From the NCBI GenBank assembly GCA_945907065.1, contig CAMDSC010000012.1:577-64576 (forward strand): a DNA stretch of 64,000 bases, read 5' to 3'. The position numbers and the translations under genes were made by a program. Below are positions 33,252-43,874 of the stretch, one piece after another. The stretch comes from Chitinophaga pinensis (GTDB taxonomy: Bacteria; Bacteroidota; Bacteroidia; NS11-12g; UBA9320). Under the pieces are notes generated by a model. That model had not been told where the DNA came from, searched no databases, and saw only the letters and a program-made list of their open reading frames with translations. Numbering within the stretch: the first letter of the stretch is position 1; each line of letters opens with the position of its first letter.

Positions 33252-34925
33252 ATGTTATCAGATATAGAAATAGCACAGTCAACGACTCCAAAGCACATTA
33301 AGCTAATTGCCGAAAAATTAAACATTGATGCCGACGATCTTGAATATTATGGAAAGTATAAATGTAAACTTCCACTAAATTTAATAAACCATGAAAATTT
33401 AACCAAAAGCAATCTGATATTAGTTACTGCTATTAATCCAACACCGGCGGGTGAAGGCAAAACCACTATGAGTATTGGTCTTACTGAAGGATTAAATAAA
33501 ATTGGCAAAAAAGCTGTGGCAGTATTGCGTGAGCCTTCTTTAGGTCCTGTATTTGGGGTAAAAGGTGGCGCTGCCGGTGGTGGTTACAGCCAAGTAATTC
33601 CTATGGAAGACATCAATCTTCATTTTACCGGCGATTTTTCGGCGGTTGAAAAAGCAAATAATTTGCTTTCAGCATTGATTGATAATAATATTCAGAATAA
33701 AAAAGAAAACAACCTGAATATTGACCCAAGAACTGTTGTTTGGAAACGGGTAATGGATATGAATGACCGTTCATTAAGGCAAATGATAATTGCTTTGGGT
33801 GGCAAAAATGGAGGTATCCCGCGTGAAACAGGATTTAATATTACTGCGGCATCTGAGGTGATGGCAATTTTATGCATGTCAAAGGATTTGAAAGACCTGA
33901 AACAAAAATGCGGTAATATATATATGGGTAATACATTTGATGGTCAACCTGTATTTGCCCGTCAATTGAATGCCCAAGGAGCAATGGCGGCTTTACTTAA
34001 GGATGCTATAAAACCTAATTTGGTGCAAACCCTGGAAGGCAATCCTGCAATTTTACATGGTGGCCCGTTTGCAAATATTGCACAAGGAACCAATACTATT
34101 TTGGCTACCAAAATGGGAATGAGTTTGGCCGACTATGTAGTAACTGAAGCTGGTTTTGGTGCTGATTTAGGTGCTGAAAAATTTTTAAATATAAAATGTG
34201 GTTATGCCGGAGTTACACCAAAGTGTGTAATGATTGTAGCTACAATTCGTGCTTTAAAATATCATGGTGGCGTGGATGTTAAGGAATTAAAAAATGAAAA
34301 TGTTGAAGCATTAAAAAAAGGATTTTGTAACCTTGAAAAGCATCTTGAAAACATTAAATCATTTGGGATTCCTCCGGTAGTGGTTATCAATAAATTTTAT
34401 GCCGACTCAGCAGCAGAAGTTGACACCTTAATTAAATTAGTAGAAGGCAAAGGTGTTGCTATTGCTATTGGTGCAGGATTTGAGCACGGTGGTGAAGGTA
34501 TGAAAGAAATAGCCCAAAAAGTGGTAGATACTATTGCAAATTCTACTGGCTCATTTTTAGGAACGTATGATTGGAATGATACCGTGGAAAATAAATTAGA
34601 GGCTATTGCAAAAAAAATATACGGAGCTGATGGGGTGGATTATACTGCCAAAGCACTCACCGATCTTAAAAAAATATATAAAATGGGATTTGATAAATTA
34701 CCAATTTGTATGGCCAAAACTCAGTATTCATTAACGGATGATCCGAAAAAAATAGGACGTCCGACTAATTTCAGACTTACCGTTCGCGAATTTGAATTTG
34801 CTAACGGGGCAGGATTTATTATACCAGTATGTGGTGAAATGATGCGTATGCCGGGCTTGCCGCAAATACCTGCCGCTGAAGCTATTGATATAGATGATGA
34901 CGGAAAAATTTTAGGCTTGTTTTAA
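33252..34925 (+). CDS. fhs: Formate--tetrahydrofolate ligase
   Basis: SDIEIA, PTPAGEGKTT, GVKGGAAGGGY, HGGPFANIA, TEAGFGADLG, CMAKTQYS. Confidence 0.97.
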   Translation: MLSDIEIAQSTTPKHIKLIAEKLNIDADDLEYYGKYKCKLPLNLINHENLTKSNLILVTAINPTPAGEGKTTMSIGLTEGLNKIGKKAVAVLREPSLGPVFGVKGGAAGGGYSQVIPMEDINLHFTGDFSAVEKANNLLSALIDNNIQNKKENNLNIDPRTVVWKRVMDMNDRSLRQMIIALGGKNGGIPRETGFNITAASEVMAILCMSKDLKDLKQKCGNIYMGNTFDGQPVFARQLNAQGAMAALLKDAIKPNLVQTLEGNPAILHGGPFANIAQGTNTILATKMGMSLADYVVTEAGFGADLGAEKFLNIKCGYAGVTPKCVMIVATIRALKYHGGVDVKELKNENVEALKKGFCNLEKHLENIKSFGIPPVVVINKFYADSAAEVDTLIKLVEGKGVAIAIGAGFEHGGEGMKEIAQKVVDTIANSTGSFLGTYDWNDTVENKLEAIAKKIYGADGVDYTAKALTDLKKIYKMGFDKLPICMAKTQYSLTDDPKKIGRPTNFRLTVREFEFANGAGFIIPVCGEMMRMPGLPQIPAAEAIDIDDDGKILGLF

Positions 34926-35022
34926 ACACTCATTTCCCCTAAACTATACACTCCATTTGGCTGTGGATATATGAATCCATGCTGTTTCACGCTAAAAAAA
35001 TAAATTTGTCGTTTATATTTCA

Positions 35023-36645
35023 ATGACAGCTCGTTTTTTCAAATTACTTACAATCCTATTATTGCTTGTTCCAATAGCCGTGAATGCCCAGCGCGACACG
35101 GTAAAAGATTTAGACAAGGTAGATATTTACACCAAATACCGCCCAGTTCTAAGCGATGCCAAACGTGTGGAATCGGCTCCTGAAATGAAAGAGCCCGAAA
35201 TAAAAGCTTTAAATTTTACCTATTCATTTCCAGACTTGCGTTATAAAGTACAATCTGCTTTTACAGCTATTTCGGCTCAGGAATACCGCACCAAAAATGA
35301 CGCATTTGTTAATGGTAATTTTATAAAAGCGGGATTTGGAAATTATACAACTCCTTTGCTTCACATAGAATTGCACAATGGCAAAAGTAATAATTATGCC
35401 TACGGTGTTTCTGCGCATCATCTGTCTTCAAACGGAACATCTTTCAAATCATTTATGGATGATAACATTTCTGTTCATGGGGCTAAATTTATGCGAGGAA
35501 ATACATTGAGTGGCCAATTGGGTTATTCACGGTTTGGTTATAATTATTATGGCTACAATCATGATTCGGATAATTTCAAAAAGGATTCCGTAAAACAAGC
35601 TATTAATAATATTACCGCCAATGTGCATTATGATAATATCAAAACATCTAAAAAATTAAAAACCACTTTTGATGTAGATGCATATCGGTTTTCTATTGTG
35701 CAACAAAACGAAATTGGCTATCGATTAAGTAATAAAACCGGGGGGAAAGTGGGCAATGGCGAATTGTACGTAAATACTGCTTTTGAAGGATTTGCGTCGG
35801 GGCCAGATTCAGTAGTGTATAAAAGGAATTTTATTGATATAAACCCAGTTTACAAAATGCGTTACAAAGAAGTGGATTTAACAATGGGTGCATTTGCATC
35901 CATAATGCTTGACTCCTTGGATAGCCGCTTTTATTTATATCCCGAATTTAGGGTAGATTATTATGTAGCGCCCGAAAAAATGAAAGCCTATGCAGGATTG
36001 GGCGGTGGCCTTACCAAAGGTTCCACAAGAACACTTTATAATGAAAATGCGTTCCTTGCCGAAAATCAAGCTTTAAAAAATCAATATACTCCTTATATTA
36101 TTTTTGGTGGGATAAAAGGCAAACTTGGCAGTGGGTTTGATTACATGCTTGAACTATCGCAACAAACCATTAATAATCTTCCGATGTATTTGAGCGATAC
36201 TCTTGCCTTGCACAAATTTGTAATACTTTATGAAAATGTAGGACTCTTCAAATTCAACGTAGGACTTAACTACAACCGTTTTGAAAAATTCAAAATCGGA
36301 ACCAACTTTACTTATTTTTCATATAATCCATCTTCGTCAGTCCACGCTATTCAGCGTCCCGACTTTGAGTGGAACACAAAAATATCAGGAACTATTGCTA
36401 ATAAATTAGCCCTTCATTCAAAAATATATGTGATAGGAACCCGCTATGCCAAATATATATGGAGCAATGAAAGCCAAAAACTTCCAATAATTGCGGATAT
36501 AAATATTGGTGCTGACTACCGTTTTAGTAAGGACATTTCGTTTTTTATAGATGTAAATAACCTTACCAATCAAACCTATCAGCGTTGGTTTAATTATCCT
36601 TCGTATGGCCTGAATGGAATTGCAGGAGTTACCTTTATTTTTTAA
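35023..36645 (+). CDS. Outer-membrane beta-barrel protein (TonB-dependent-receptor-like, no obvious plug)
   Basis: Signal peptide, alternating aromatic beta-strands, NNLTNQTYQRW..YP..G..AGVTFIF terminal strand. Confidence 0.7.
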   Translation: MTARFFKLLTILLLLVPIAVNAQRDTVKDLDKVDIYTKYRPVLSDAKRVESAPEMKEPEIKALNFTYSFPDLRYKVQSAFTAISAQEYRTKNDAFVNGNFIKAGFGNYTTPLLHIELHNGKSNNYAYGVSAHHLSSNGTSFKSFMDDNISVHGAKFMRGNTLSGQLGYSRFGYNYYGYNHDSDNFKKDSVKQAINNITANVHYDNIKTSKKLKTTFDVDAYRFSIVQQNEIGYRLSNKTGGKVGNGELYVNTAFEGFASGPDSVVYKRNFIDINPVYKMRYKEVDLTMGAFASIMLDSLDSRFYLYPEFRVDYYVAPEKMKAYAGLGGGLTKGSTRTLYNENAFLAENQALKNQYTPYIIFGGIKGKLGSGFDYMLELSQQTINNLPMYLSDTLALHKFVILYENVGLFKFNVGLNYNRFEKFKIGTNFTYFSYNPSSSVHAIQRPDFEWNTKISGTIANKLALHSKIYVIGTRYAKYIWSNESQKLPIIADINIGADYRFSKDISFFIDVNNLTNQTYQRWFNYPSYGLNGIAGVTFIF

Positions 36646-36786
36646 GATATTTCTAAATTTTAGCGAACACTTTCAAATCTTACACTATTTATAACTAGCA
36701 ACTTACAATCTCCAATCGAAAATAATTGTTAATTTTTAAATCAATTTGACCCGTTTATAATTAAATTGCACTTTTGTTTTAAAACA

Positions 36787-37842
36787 ATGGAATTTATAAA
36801 TTTAATAGAAAGTGTTTCTGAATTGCTTTACAAGCACAACTGTGTTATTATTCCAGGCTTTGGGGGATTTATAACAAATTATAAACCTTCAGGTTTTGAA
36901 GAAAGCCGCAATTTAATTAGTCCTTCCAGCAAAAAAGTAGCATTTAATCAATTACTGATTGAAAACGATGGATTGCTGATAAACAGTTGGTCACAAAAAA
37001 ACGAAATCTCCTATCAGGAAGCCGAAGAAGACATTTTGGCCTTTTCCGCTTATTTAAAAGATAAAATAACCATAAACAAAAGCTTTGATTTTGAAAATAT
37101 TGGAACCTTTTATTCCAATGCTGAAGGCAAAATAATTTTTGTTCCTTATCAAGGCTTTAATTTTTTAGAATCAAGTTATGGATTATTCCCAATTAAGATA
37201 AAACCCCTTGCAGCTCAAGTTGTAGTTTCAAATTTAAAAGTTGTTGAAGAAATCCAAGAGCCTATTACTGCATTTAAAGAGGAAGTAATTGGCAACAAAA
37301 AAGCTACTAAACAATTTCATTTCAACACTATGTTTTTAATGAAGGCTGCTTCCTTGTTACTAATGGCAGCAGTTGCCGTTTTTGTTTTATACTATTTAGG
37401 AAATAACAACAAAAATAAAGGAACTGCTTATCAGCCAAAAAGCGAACAAAATGCTTCTTTTATTCATATTGACACCAACCACAAAAAACCTTCGAAAGCA
37501 AAAGAAGTTTCAATTGCAGGACTTGAATATAAAGCTGAACGAAAAAAGATAAATGAACTAAAAACCCAATTAAATTCTTTCTCTGAACTAAATTCACCCA
37601 AACAAGAAACCTACAATGTAGTAGTAGGTTATTACAAAAATGAAACTCAGGCAAATAAAATATTAATCAAACTTCAAATTGATTATTCAAATGCAATACT
37701 TGCTGAACCAACAAATGAAGGATATGCAATAGTGGTTGAATCATTTTTTAAACATACTACGGCCGAGGCTTTCAGCGTTATGCTAAAACAAAACGGTTTT
37801 AAAAACATAAGCATTGAAAAACACGTTGTGTTTGGACAATAG
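36787..37842 (+). CDS. HU-like (CCDC81-type) domain + TM + SPOR domain protein
   Basis: ELLYKHNCVIIPGFGGF..FNQLLIENDGLL N-domain; one TM; C-terminal YNVVVG..F..A SPOR-like region. Confidence 0.8.
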   Translation: MEFINLIESVSELLYKHNCVIIPGFGGFITNYKPSGFEESRNLISPSSKKVAFNQLLIENDGLLINSWSQKNEISYQEAEEDILAFSAYLKDKITINKSFDFENIGTFYSNAEGKIIFVPYQGFNFLESSYGLFPIKIKPLAAQVVVSNLKVVEEIQEPITAFKEEVIGNKKATKQFHFNTMFLMKAASLLLMAAVAVFVLYYLGNNNKNKGTAYQPKSEQNASFIHIDTNHKKPSKAKEVSIAGLEYKAERKKINELKTQLNSFSELNSPKQETYNVVVGYYKNETQANKILIKLQIDYSNAILAEPTNEGYAIVVESFFKHTTAEAFSVMLKQNGFKNISIEKHVVFGQ

Positions 37843-37876
37843 ATTTAAGACCTAATATTTTATATAAATTTAAACA

Positions 37877-38737
37877 ATGGACTCAGAAAATCAAAAAGGA
37901 TTTATAGGAACCATACTTTTTCACGGGTTGCTACTTTTGTGTGTATTTCTTATGAGTTTTGCCAATGGCGGCGGTGGCGGTGGTGATAACGGGACAGGTG
38001 AAGCATTAGGTGGCCTTGAAGTTTCATTGGGCGAACCTGACCTTGGAGGCCCCGATATGGAAGCTGGCTATACTCCCGAACAAGAAGAAGTAACGCTTGA
38101 AAAAACTGTAGATGAAGAAACATTAACCGATGATAACTCGGTGGCTCCTGAAGTGGTGAGCAAAAAACCTGAAGTAAAAACTGAAGCCCCTAAAATAACT
38201 GCTCCAGTATTTAAAAAAACTGTCCCTAACCCAACTCCTAAAAAAATGCCAGATTCAAAAGGACTTTTTTCTAAAAAAGGTGGTAATAAAGGTGATGGCA
38301 CAACTCCCGGTAACCAAGGGGAAGACGATGGTAGCATAAACGGCCATAACGGAGATGGAAACAGCCCAGGTGATGGAAATGGTAAACCGGGAAATGGCCC
38401 AGGTGACGGACCTGGCAATGGCCCCGGAAACGGACCTAGTGATGGCCCTGGAAATGGTAAAGGGAAAGATGTTACCTTTGGGCTTCGTGGTTTTAAAGCC
38501 GCTAACCCTTTTAAAATAGATGCAAATAAATCAGGTTCTGGAACTGTTGTAATAAAACTTTGTGTAGAAAAAGATGGTTCAATAAAAAGTGTTGAAAAAA
38601 CACTAAAGGGCAATATCACTGACCCATATTTTATTAATTTAGCATACCAAGCTGTAAAAAATAACACTTATACCCCAACAGGAAGTAGTGTTTCAGACCC
38701 ATGCGGGTATGTTACTTTTACTTTCAAAGCGCGTTAA
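37877..38737 (+). CDS. TonB/TolA-family energy transducer with Gly-rich linker
   Basis: N-terminal TM with conserved His (TILFHG), GNQG and GNGPGDG repeats, C-terminal GTVVIKLCVEKDG domain. Confidence 0.75.
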   Translation: MDSENQKGFIGTILFHGLLLLCVFLMSFANGGGGGGDNGTGEALGGLEVSLGEPDLGGPDMEAGYTPEQEEVTLEKTVDEETLTDDNSVAPEVVSKKPEVKTEAPKITAPVFKKTVPNPTPKKMPDSKGLFSKKGGNKGDGTTPGNQGEDDGSINGHNGDGNSPGDGNGKPGNGPGDGPGNGPGNGPSDGPGNGKGKDVTFGLRGFKAANPFKIDANKSGSGTVVIKLCVEKDGSIKSVEKTLKGNITDPYFINLAYQAVKNNTYTPTGSSVSDPCGYVTFTFKAR

Positions 38738-38781
38738 AAGAACCAGATTTCTGCAATGGTTTAACCATCTTCAATTAATCT

Positions 38782-40026
38782 TTGAATTACGATTCCACTT
38801 TAGAATATTTATATGCCCGGTTACCCATGTTTCATCGTATTGGGGCGGCGGCTTATAAGGCGGATTTAACCAACACCATTTTGTTATGCAATGCTTTAGG
38901 AAATCCTGAATCAAAATTTAGAAGCATTCACATAGCCGGAACTAATGGCAAAGGCTCTACATCCCATGCATTGGCAGCTATTTTTCAGCATATTGGATAT
39001 AAAACAGGACTTTATACATCACCTCATTTGGTAGATTTTAGAGAAAGAATTCGTATCAACGGGCAGATGATTCCCAAACAAAATGTTGTAGATTTTATTA
39101 AAACTCATCGTGATTTAATTGAAATTATAAATCCTTCTTTTTTTGAAGCAACCGTGGGAATGGCTTTTGATTATTTTGCAAAAGAAAAAGTAGATATTGC
39201 CATAATAGAAACTGGACTTGGCGGAAGATTAGACAGCACCAACATTATAAATCCTCTCATGTCTGTTATAACAAATATAAGTTTTGACCACACTGATTTG
39301 TTAGGAGATACTTTGCAAAAAATAGCAAGCGAAAAAGCGGGCATCATAAAGCCCGGAACTCCTGTGGTGATTGGCGAAACACATCCTGAAACAGCTGATA
39401 TTTTTATACAAAAAGCTTTAAAAAATCAATCTGAAATATACTTTGCTGATACCAACCCTAATTATTTTAATACTGAAATATCTACGGACCTTTTAGGCGA
39501 GTATCAACAAAAAAATATGATAACTGTGATGCAAGTCATTGAGGTTTTAAAAACAAAAGGATTTGACATATCCAATTTTGAAGTAGCCCGTGCATTGCAA
39601 AATATTAAAGGACTTACAGGTTTGCGTGGCCGATGGGAAATATTGGGAAATAAACCCTTTGTAGTTTGCGATACAGGCCACAACCTGGCAGGATTGGGAG
39701 TGGCAATGCATGAATTATCAAAAGTAAAATACAACAAACTATTTATAGTTTTTGGGGTGGTAAAAGAAAAAGAAACTTCGGCTATTTGGTCATTGCTTCC
39801 GCAAAATGCCACTTACTTTTTTTGTACTCCAGCCATTCCCAGAGGAAGAAACGACCAAGACCTTTGCGCTGAAGCCAATCAAAATGGTGTTAATGGCAAA
39901 GCTTACGGTAGTGTAATAAATGCATTTAATCAGGCTTTAAAAATGGCAGAACCTGATGATGCGATATTTATAGGTGGAAGTACTTTTGTGGTAGCGGATT
40001 ATCTTACTTCGGTAACTGAAATTTAA
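38782..40026 (+). CDS. folC: Folylpolyglutamate synthase / dihydrofolate synthase
   Basis: HIAGTNGKGS, YTSPHL..FRERI, ETGLGGRLDSTN, EKAGIIK, GRWE, DTGHN. Confidence 0.96.
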   Translation: MNYDSTLEYLYARLPMFHRIGAAAYKADLTNTILLCNALGNPESKFRSIHIAGTNGKGSTSHALAAIFQHIGYKTGLYTSPHLVDFRERIRINGQMIPKQNVVDFIKTHRDLIEIINPSFFEATVGMAFDYFAKEKVDIAIIETGLGGRLDSTNIINPLMSVITNISFDHTDLLGDTLQKIASEKAGIIKPGTPVVIGETHPETADIFIQKALKNQSEIYFADTNPNYFNTEISTDLLGEYQQKNMITVMQVIEVLKTKGFDISNFEVARALQNIKGLTGLRGRWEILGNKPFVVCDTGHNLAGLGVAMHELSKVKYNKLFIVFGVVKEKETSAIWSLLPQNATYFFCTPAIPRGRNDQDLCAEANQNGVNGKAYGSVINAFNQALKMAEPDDAIFIGGSTFVVADYLTSVTEI

Positions 40027-40040
40027 TTTTCTACAAAAAA

Positions 40041-40076
40041 AAAGACCTGACAGGTTTTAAAATCTGCCAGGTCTTT
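40041..40076. terminator. Palindromic REP-like element probably acting as a terminator between convergent genes
   Basis: aaagacctgacaggttt-taaaat-ctgccaggtcttt imperfect inverted repeat with flanking A-tract. Confidence 0.65.
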
Positions 40077-40094
40077 ACTTATATTTTTTTTAAA

Positions 40095-43000
40095 TTATCT
40101 TAACACTGTAAGAATCATATTTTTTACAAATAATCTTGGATATCCACCTGTTGTTTTTCTATAGCTAATGGTCATTGGATAAACACCATCTGGAACAATT
40201 GTATCTCCTGATTTTCCATTCCATCCTTTATTTGGATCCCCCTTATAAATTATTTCACCCCAACGATTGTAAACCACAAGTTCGACCCATTCAAGTACTT
40301 GCCCCATAGGTTTCCATACATCATTTATATTATCGCCATTAGGTGAAAAAACACTCGGAAAATGCAATTGACATCCTAATTCATCTATGGTAATATTTAC
40401 AGTAGCTGTATCTGCACCGCATCTATTTTCAGCTATTACCCCATATAATCCCGGAGTTTTAATTTTTCGGGTTGGTAAATTATAACCATCAAGCCAAGTA
40501 AATGTGGTATTATCCGCATAAAAACTAAAATCGTAACTAAGGTTAGGACTTTCACAGAAAACAGAATCTGTAAATCCAAAATCAACTACTGGAGGTATTG
40601 AAAAATAAACCCATATTGAATCGCCTTTTGTACAATTACCATTGGATGCCTTAACCCAATACAAAGTCTTTGGTTGGTTAGGCGCACTTATTGAAGGAGT
40701 GCTTGCTCCGGTATTCCAAGTATATGATAAAGCAGCTGCAGACGATGCATCTAAAGTGGGTGAAACCCCATTACATACATCAATATCTGCACCCAAATTA
40801 ACAATTGGAGTGGCTTGATAAATAATTACTACTGTGTCTTTTTTGAAACAAGTTCCATCCGAAATTATTCCTACAAACGAACCACCCGGATTATTTACTG
40901 TATATTTAGCAGTTGTGGCCAACTGAGCTCCAATAAGGGTTTCCCATTCATAAACGGTGGCATTGGTAGCTGTAATATCCAAAGACCATGTAGCATTATC
41001 ACACAATTGCATATCAGCACCCAATGAAGGAATAAATAATTCAGGACGGTAGGTTACTTTAATACTATCACGACTCTTACAAATACCATCATCTCCTTCT
41101 ACCCAATGAATACCTCCAGCAGGTGTTGCGTTTTTGCGAATGCCGGGGGCAGTAGCATTATCCCACCACTTATAGGACTTAAACGCATATTTAGCCACAT
41201 TCAAATCAATGGTTTGATTTACACATAAGATAGTATCTCGACCCAAATTTATTTTTACAGGACTTTGGAATGTTACATTTATTGTATCCGAAGTTTTACA
41301 AACTTTCTTTGGTAAATCACGAAGGTCAACATAATATTTACCGGTTGTAGTAATTGGATAACTATAATTAACCGTGCTACCCATCCAAGTATATTCCACA
41401 TTATTAAGGGTTGAAGATATGGCATTAAATGTAATACCATTGCAAAGTGTAGTATCATTTCCTAGCGTAAACGCCGGAATACTGTATGTCTTTATATCGA
41501 TGGTATCACTCACTTCACAGGTACCGTTGGACACAGTAACCCATTGCTTTCCTGCGGTAGTGGCCTTATAAGTACTAAGCGTAGAATTATCTTTCCATTT
41601 CCAAGTTTTGGTGCCTGCAAGGGCTGCATTTACTAAATAAAAGCCACCTGCACAAAAGGAAGTATCTTTACCTAAACTGAAAGATGCTTTGGATTGGAAC
41701 GTTACATTTACCGTATCGCGAGTACTATAGCACATGGTATCTTTTATCCTTGCCCAATAGAGTCCGGTAGCTTTCACTTTTAATATTGAATCGGTGGTTA
41801 AACCTTTCCATAAATAGGATTTTGAAGTGGTAGTTTTTGCACTCAACGTAACACTGTCACCTAAGCAAAGTAATGTATCCTTTCCAATATTTAAAGTAGG
41901 TATTGCCCTTGTTGCTACGACTACAGTATCATAAGTGTAACATCCAGGTTTATTTTCTGCTCGGACCCATATAGTACCCGATTTTTTGGCATAAGCCGTA
42001 GCCGTGGTATCACCCAAACTCCAAAGGTATTTTTCACCTTTAGAAGCAGTTAACATCACACTATCTCCTGCACAAAACAAAGTATCATTTCCCAATTTAA
42101 ATTTAGGATATTGAATTACATCTACATAAAAGGAATCAGTGCCAGTGCAGCCTCCTACCTTTGCAGCTAACCAATGCCATCCTTTTTTATTGGCAATATA
42201 GGCCGGCACTGTAGAATTGTCATTCCACAGATAGGTGGCATTTGTAATATTCACAACTTTTACGGCTTCTCCCCCTTGGCATATTACAGTATCATTTCCT
42301 AAATCTACTTTTGGGTTAGGAAAAATAGTCAACAGCTTTCGTGCTGTATCTGCATAGCAATCTGGGCTAGCTGTTTTTCTATAAAATTGAACAAAAACAC
42401 TGTAGGTTTTAGCACTTGAAAAGGTATGATACACCACAAAACCTTTTGCTTTATTTTTGACTCCCGTGCTTGGATCTCCAAAATTCCAAACTGCAGAATC
42501 GACTCCGGCTGAGTCAGTAGCAAATAATTTGGTTGACGCCTTTTCACATAAATTGGCTGCATTGCTACCAAAATCAAATTCAGATTTATTAAAAAACGAA
42601 TTTATAAATGTAGGAATGCCCCATTGAGCATATCTGCCTGACCCAAGATCAACGGAGTTCAAAACAAAACTGCACGCCGTTCCTGTACAATTTGGCTTTT
42701 CAATACAAGATAGATATTGAGATCCAGAACCTAAGCGTCCCCTTGTAAGGTAAATTTTACCATCTAAAGCAAGCTGCATTCCCCCACCTGAATTAGTGGT
42801 AAAAGAATTTACAACTTTTATACAACTTGCGCCAATTGCATTAGCATTACCTGCTAACATATCCAATTGCCATAACCCATCGCCACCATCGCTTCCTCCA
42901 ACAATATATGAGGGCAAATAAAAACTAATATAAAGATAACGTGCATTCGGTGAAAGCTCCATTCCATACAAGCTACTGATATTACCAACTCCTGATTTGA

Positions 43001-43826
43001 TATTTGTTTTATCTATAACCTGAGGATTGGATAACTTACCAGTCAAATTATCGAAATCATATATTTCTATCCTACCAGAATTTCCATAATATTGATTACC
43101 CCCGTTTTGTTGGCCGGCAATTAGAGCTATTAACTTGGTACCATCCGGGGTAAACTTCATATACCCTTTTCCATACCCCCTAGCTCCTCCTCCTGTGCAA
43201 GCCCAAGTAGGACCTACTGCTGAAATAACAGGGGAACCAAGTCCGGTTGCATTCAACTTATAAGCATAAAATTTATTATCATCTCCAGTGTGGGATAGCA
43301 CCCAAGTATCCACCTTATTGGCATGCTTGATAGCGCATACCTTTTCGGCAGCTAAATTATTGGTAGTGGCTTTGCTAAGTAAAGGCACATTTTTAGTCAC
43401 CACTTGGCCCATTCCACCATTCAAAGAAGTATCTACAATTGAATATTGAAAACCATCGTTTCCCCATTCAGCGTCAGCTGTAAAAATCCAATACCTATTT
43501 GATCGCACCGGTTGCTGAACAATAATAGCACTTTGAGTGGAATTAACATCACCCTTTAAGCCTGTGCCATTCGACATACCGCCATGTGCCTTGGTCCACA
43601 CATTAACACCATTGGTATAAAAAAGCAACCTGCCTTTAGAGTCAGATATTGATGCTACACCATCTAGGGAGTTCATCACACCATTGGATTGTGCCACAGG
43701 TGCATTCGCTGTTCCATTAAAAGCAACACCTGCTTTATTTCCAAAATACCACCATGTGGCTTCCTTTTGGGCAAATGAATTAAGAGTTAAAATTGAAAAA
43801 AGTAGGAGTAAATAAGACCTTTTCAT
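40095..43826 (-). CDS. T9SS type B (gliding-motility-associated CTD) surface protein: beta-propeller-like N-terminus, PKD domain, tandem Ig-like repeats
   Basis: WYFG N-terminus, WNFGDP PKD, repeated LGxDTxxCxG units, C-terminal PSVFSPNGDNIND..YNRWGE..WNG..PDGVY. Confidence 0.88.
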   Translation of the reverse strand: MKRSYLLLLFSILTLNSFAQKEATWWYFGNKAGVAFNGTANAPVAQSNGVMNSLDGVASISDSKGRLLFYTNGVNVWTKAHGGMSNGTGLKGDVNSTQSAIIVQQPVRSNRYWIFTADAEWGNDGFQYSIVDTSLNGGMGQVVTKNVPLLSKATTNNLAAEKVCAIKHANKVDTWVLSHTGDDNKFYAYKLNATGLGSPVISAVGPTWACTGGGARGYGKGYMKFTPDGTKLIALIAGQQNGGNQYYGNSGRIEIYDFDNLTGKLSNPQVIDKTNIKSGVGNISSLYGMELSPNARYLYISFYLPSYIVGGSDGGDGLWQLDMLAGNANAIGASCIKVVNSFTTNSGGGMQLALDGKIYLTRGRLGSGSQYLSCIEKPNCTGTACSFVLNSVDLGSGRYAQWGIPTFINSFFNKSEFDFGSNAANLCEKASTKLFATDSAGVDSAVWNFGDPSTGVKNKAKGFVVYHTFSSAKTYSVFVQFYRKTASPDCYADTARKLLTIFPNPKVDLGNDTVICQGGEAVKVVNITNATYLWNDNSTVPAYIANKKGWHWLAAKVGGCTGTDSFYVDVIQYPKFKLGNDTLFCAGDSVMLTASKGEKYLWSLGDTTATAYAKKSGTIWVRAENKPGCYTYDTVVVATRAIPTLNIGKDTLLCLGDSVTLSAKTTTSKSYLWKGLTTDSILKVKATGLYWARIKDTMCYSTRDTVNVTFQSKASFSLGKDTSFCAGGFYLVNAALAGTKTWKWKDNSTLSTYKATTAGKQWVTVSNGTCEVSDTIDIKTYSIPAFTLGNDTTLCNGITFNAISSTLNNVEYTWMGSTVNYSYPITTTGKYYVDLRDLPKKVCKTSDTINVTFQSPVKINLGRDTILCVNQTIDLNVAKYAFKSYKWWDNATAPGIRKNATPAGGIHWVEGDDGICKSRDSIKVTYRPELFIPSLGADMQLCDNATWSLDITATNATVYEWETLIGAQLATTAKYTVNNPGGSFVGIISDGTCFKKDTVVIIYQATPIVNLGADIDVCNGVSPTLDASSAAALSYTWNTGASTPSISAPNQPKTLYWVKASNGNCTKGDSIWVYFSIPPVVDFGFTDSVFCESPNLSYDFSFYADNTTFTWLDGYNLPTRKIKTPGLYGVIAENRCGADTATVNITIDELGCQLHFPSVFSPNGDNINDVWKPMGQVLEWVELVVYNRWGEIIYKGDPNKGWNGKSGDTIVPDGVYPMTISYRKTTGGYPRLFVKNMILTVLR

Positions 43827-43874
43827 AATTGATATAAAGGTCGAAAATAATTAATAAATAAGTAACAAACAAGA

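Noticed and set aside
38330-38465. 12-bp-period repeats, considered as a CRISPR array or VNTR
   Set aside because: Degenerate codon-level repeats encoding a G-N/D-G-P linker; no spacers and no cas genes.
38068-38667. 199-aa antisense ORF with PGP repeats
   Set aside because: It is the shadow of the Gly-rich GNGPGDG linker of the TonB-like gene; there is no independent coding signal.
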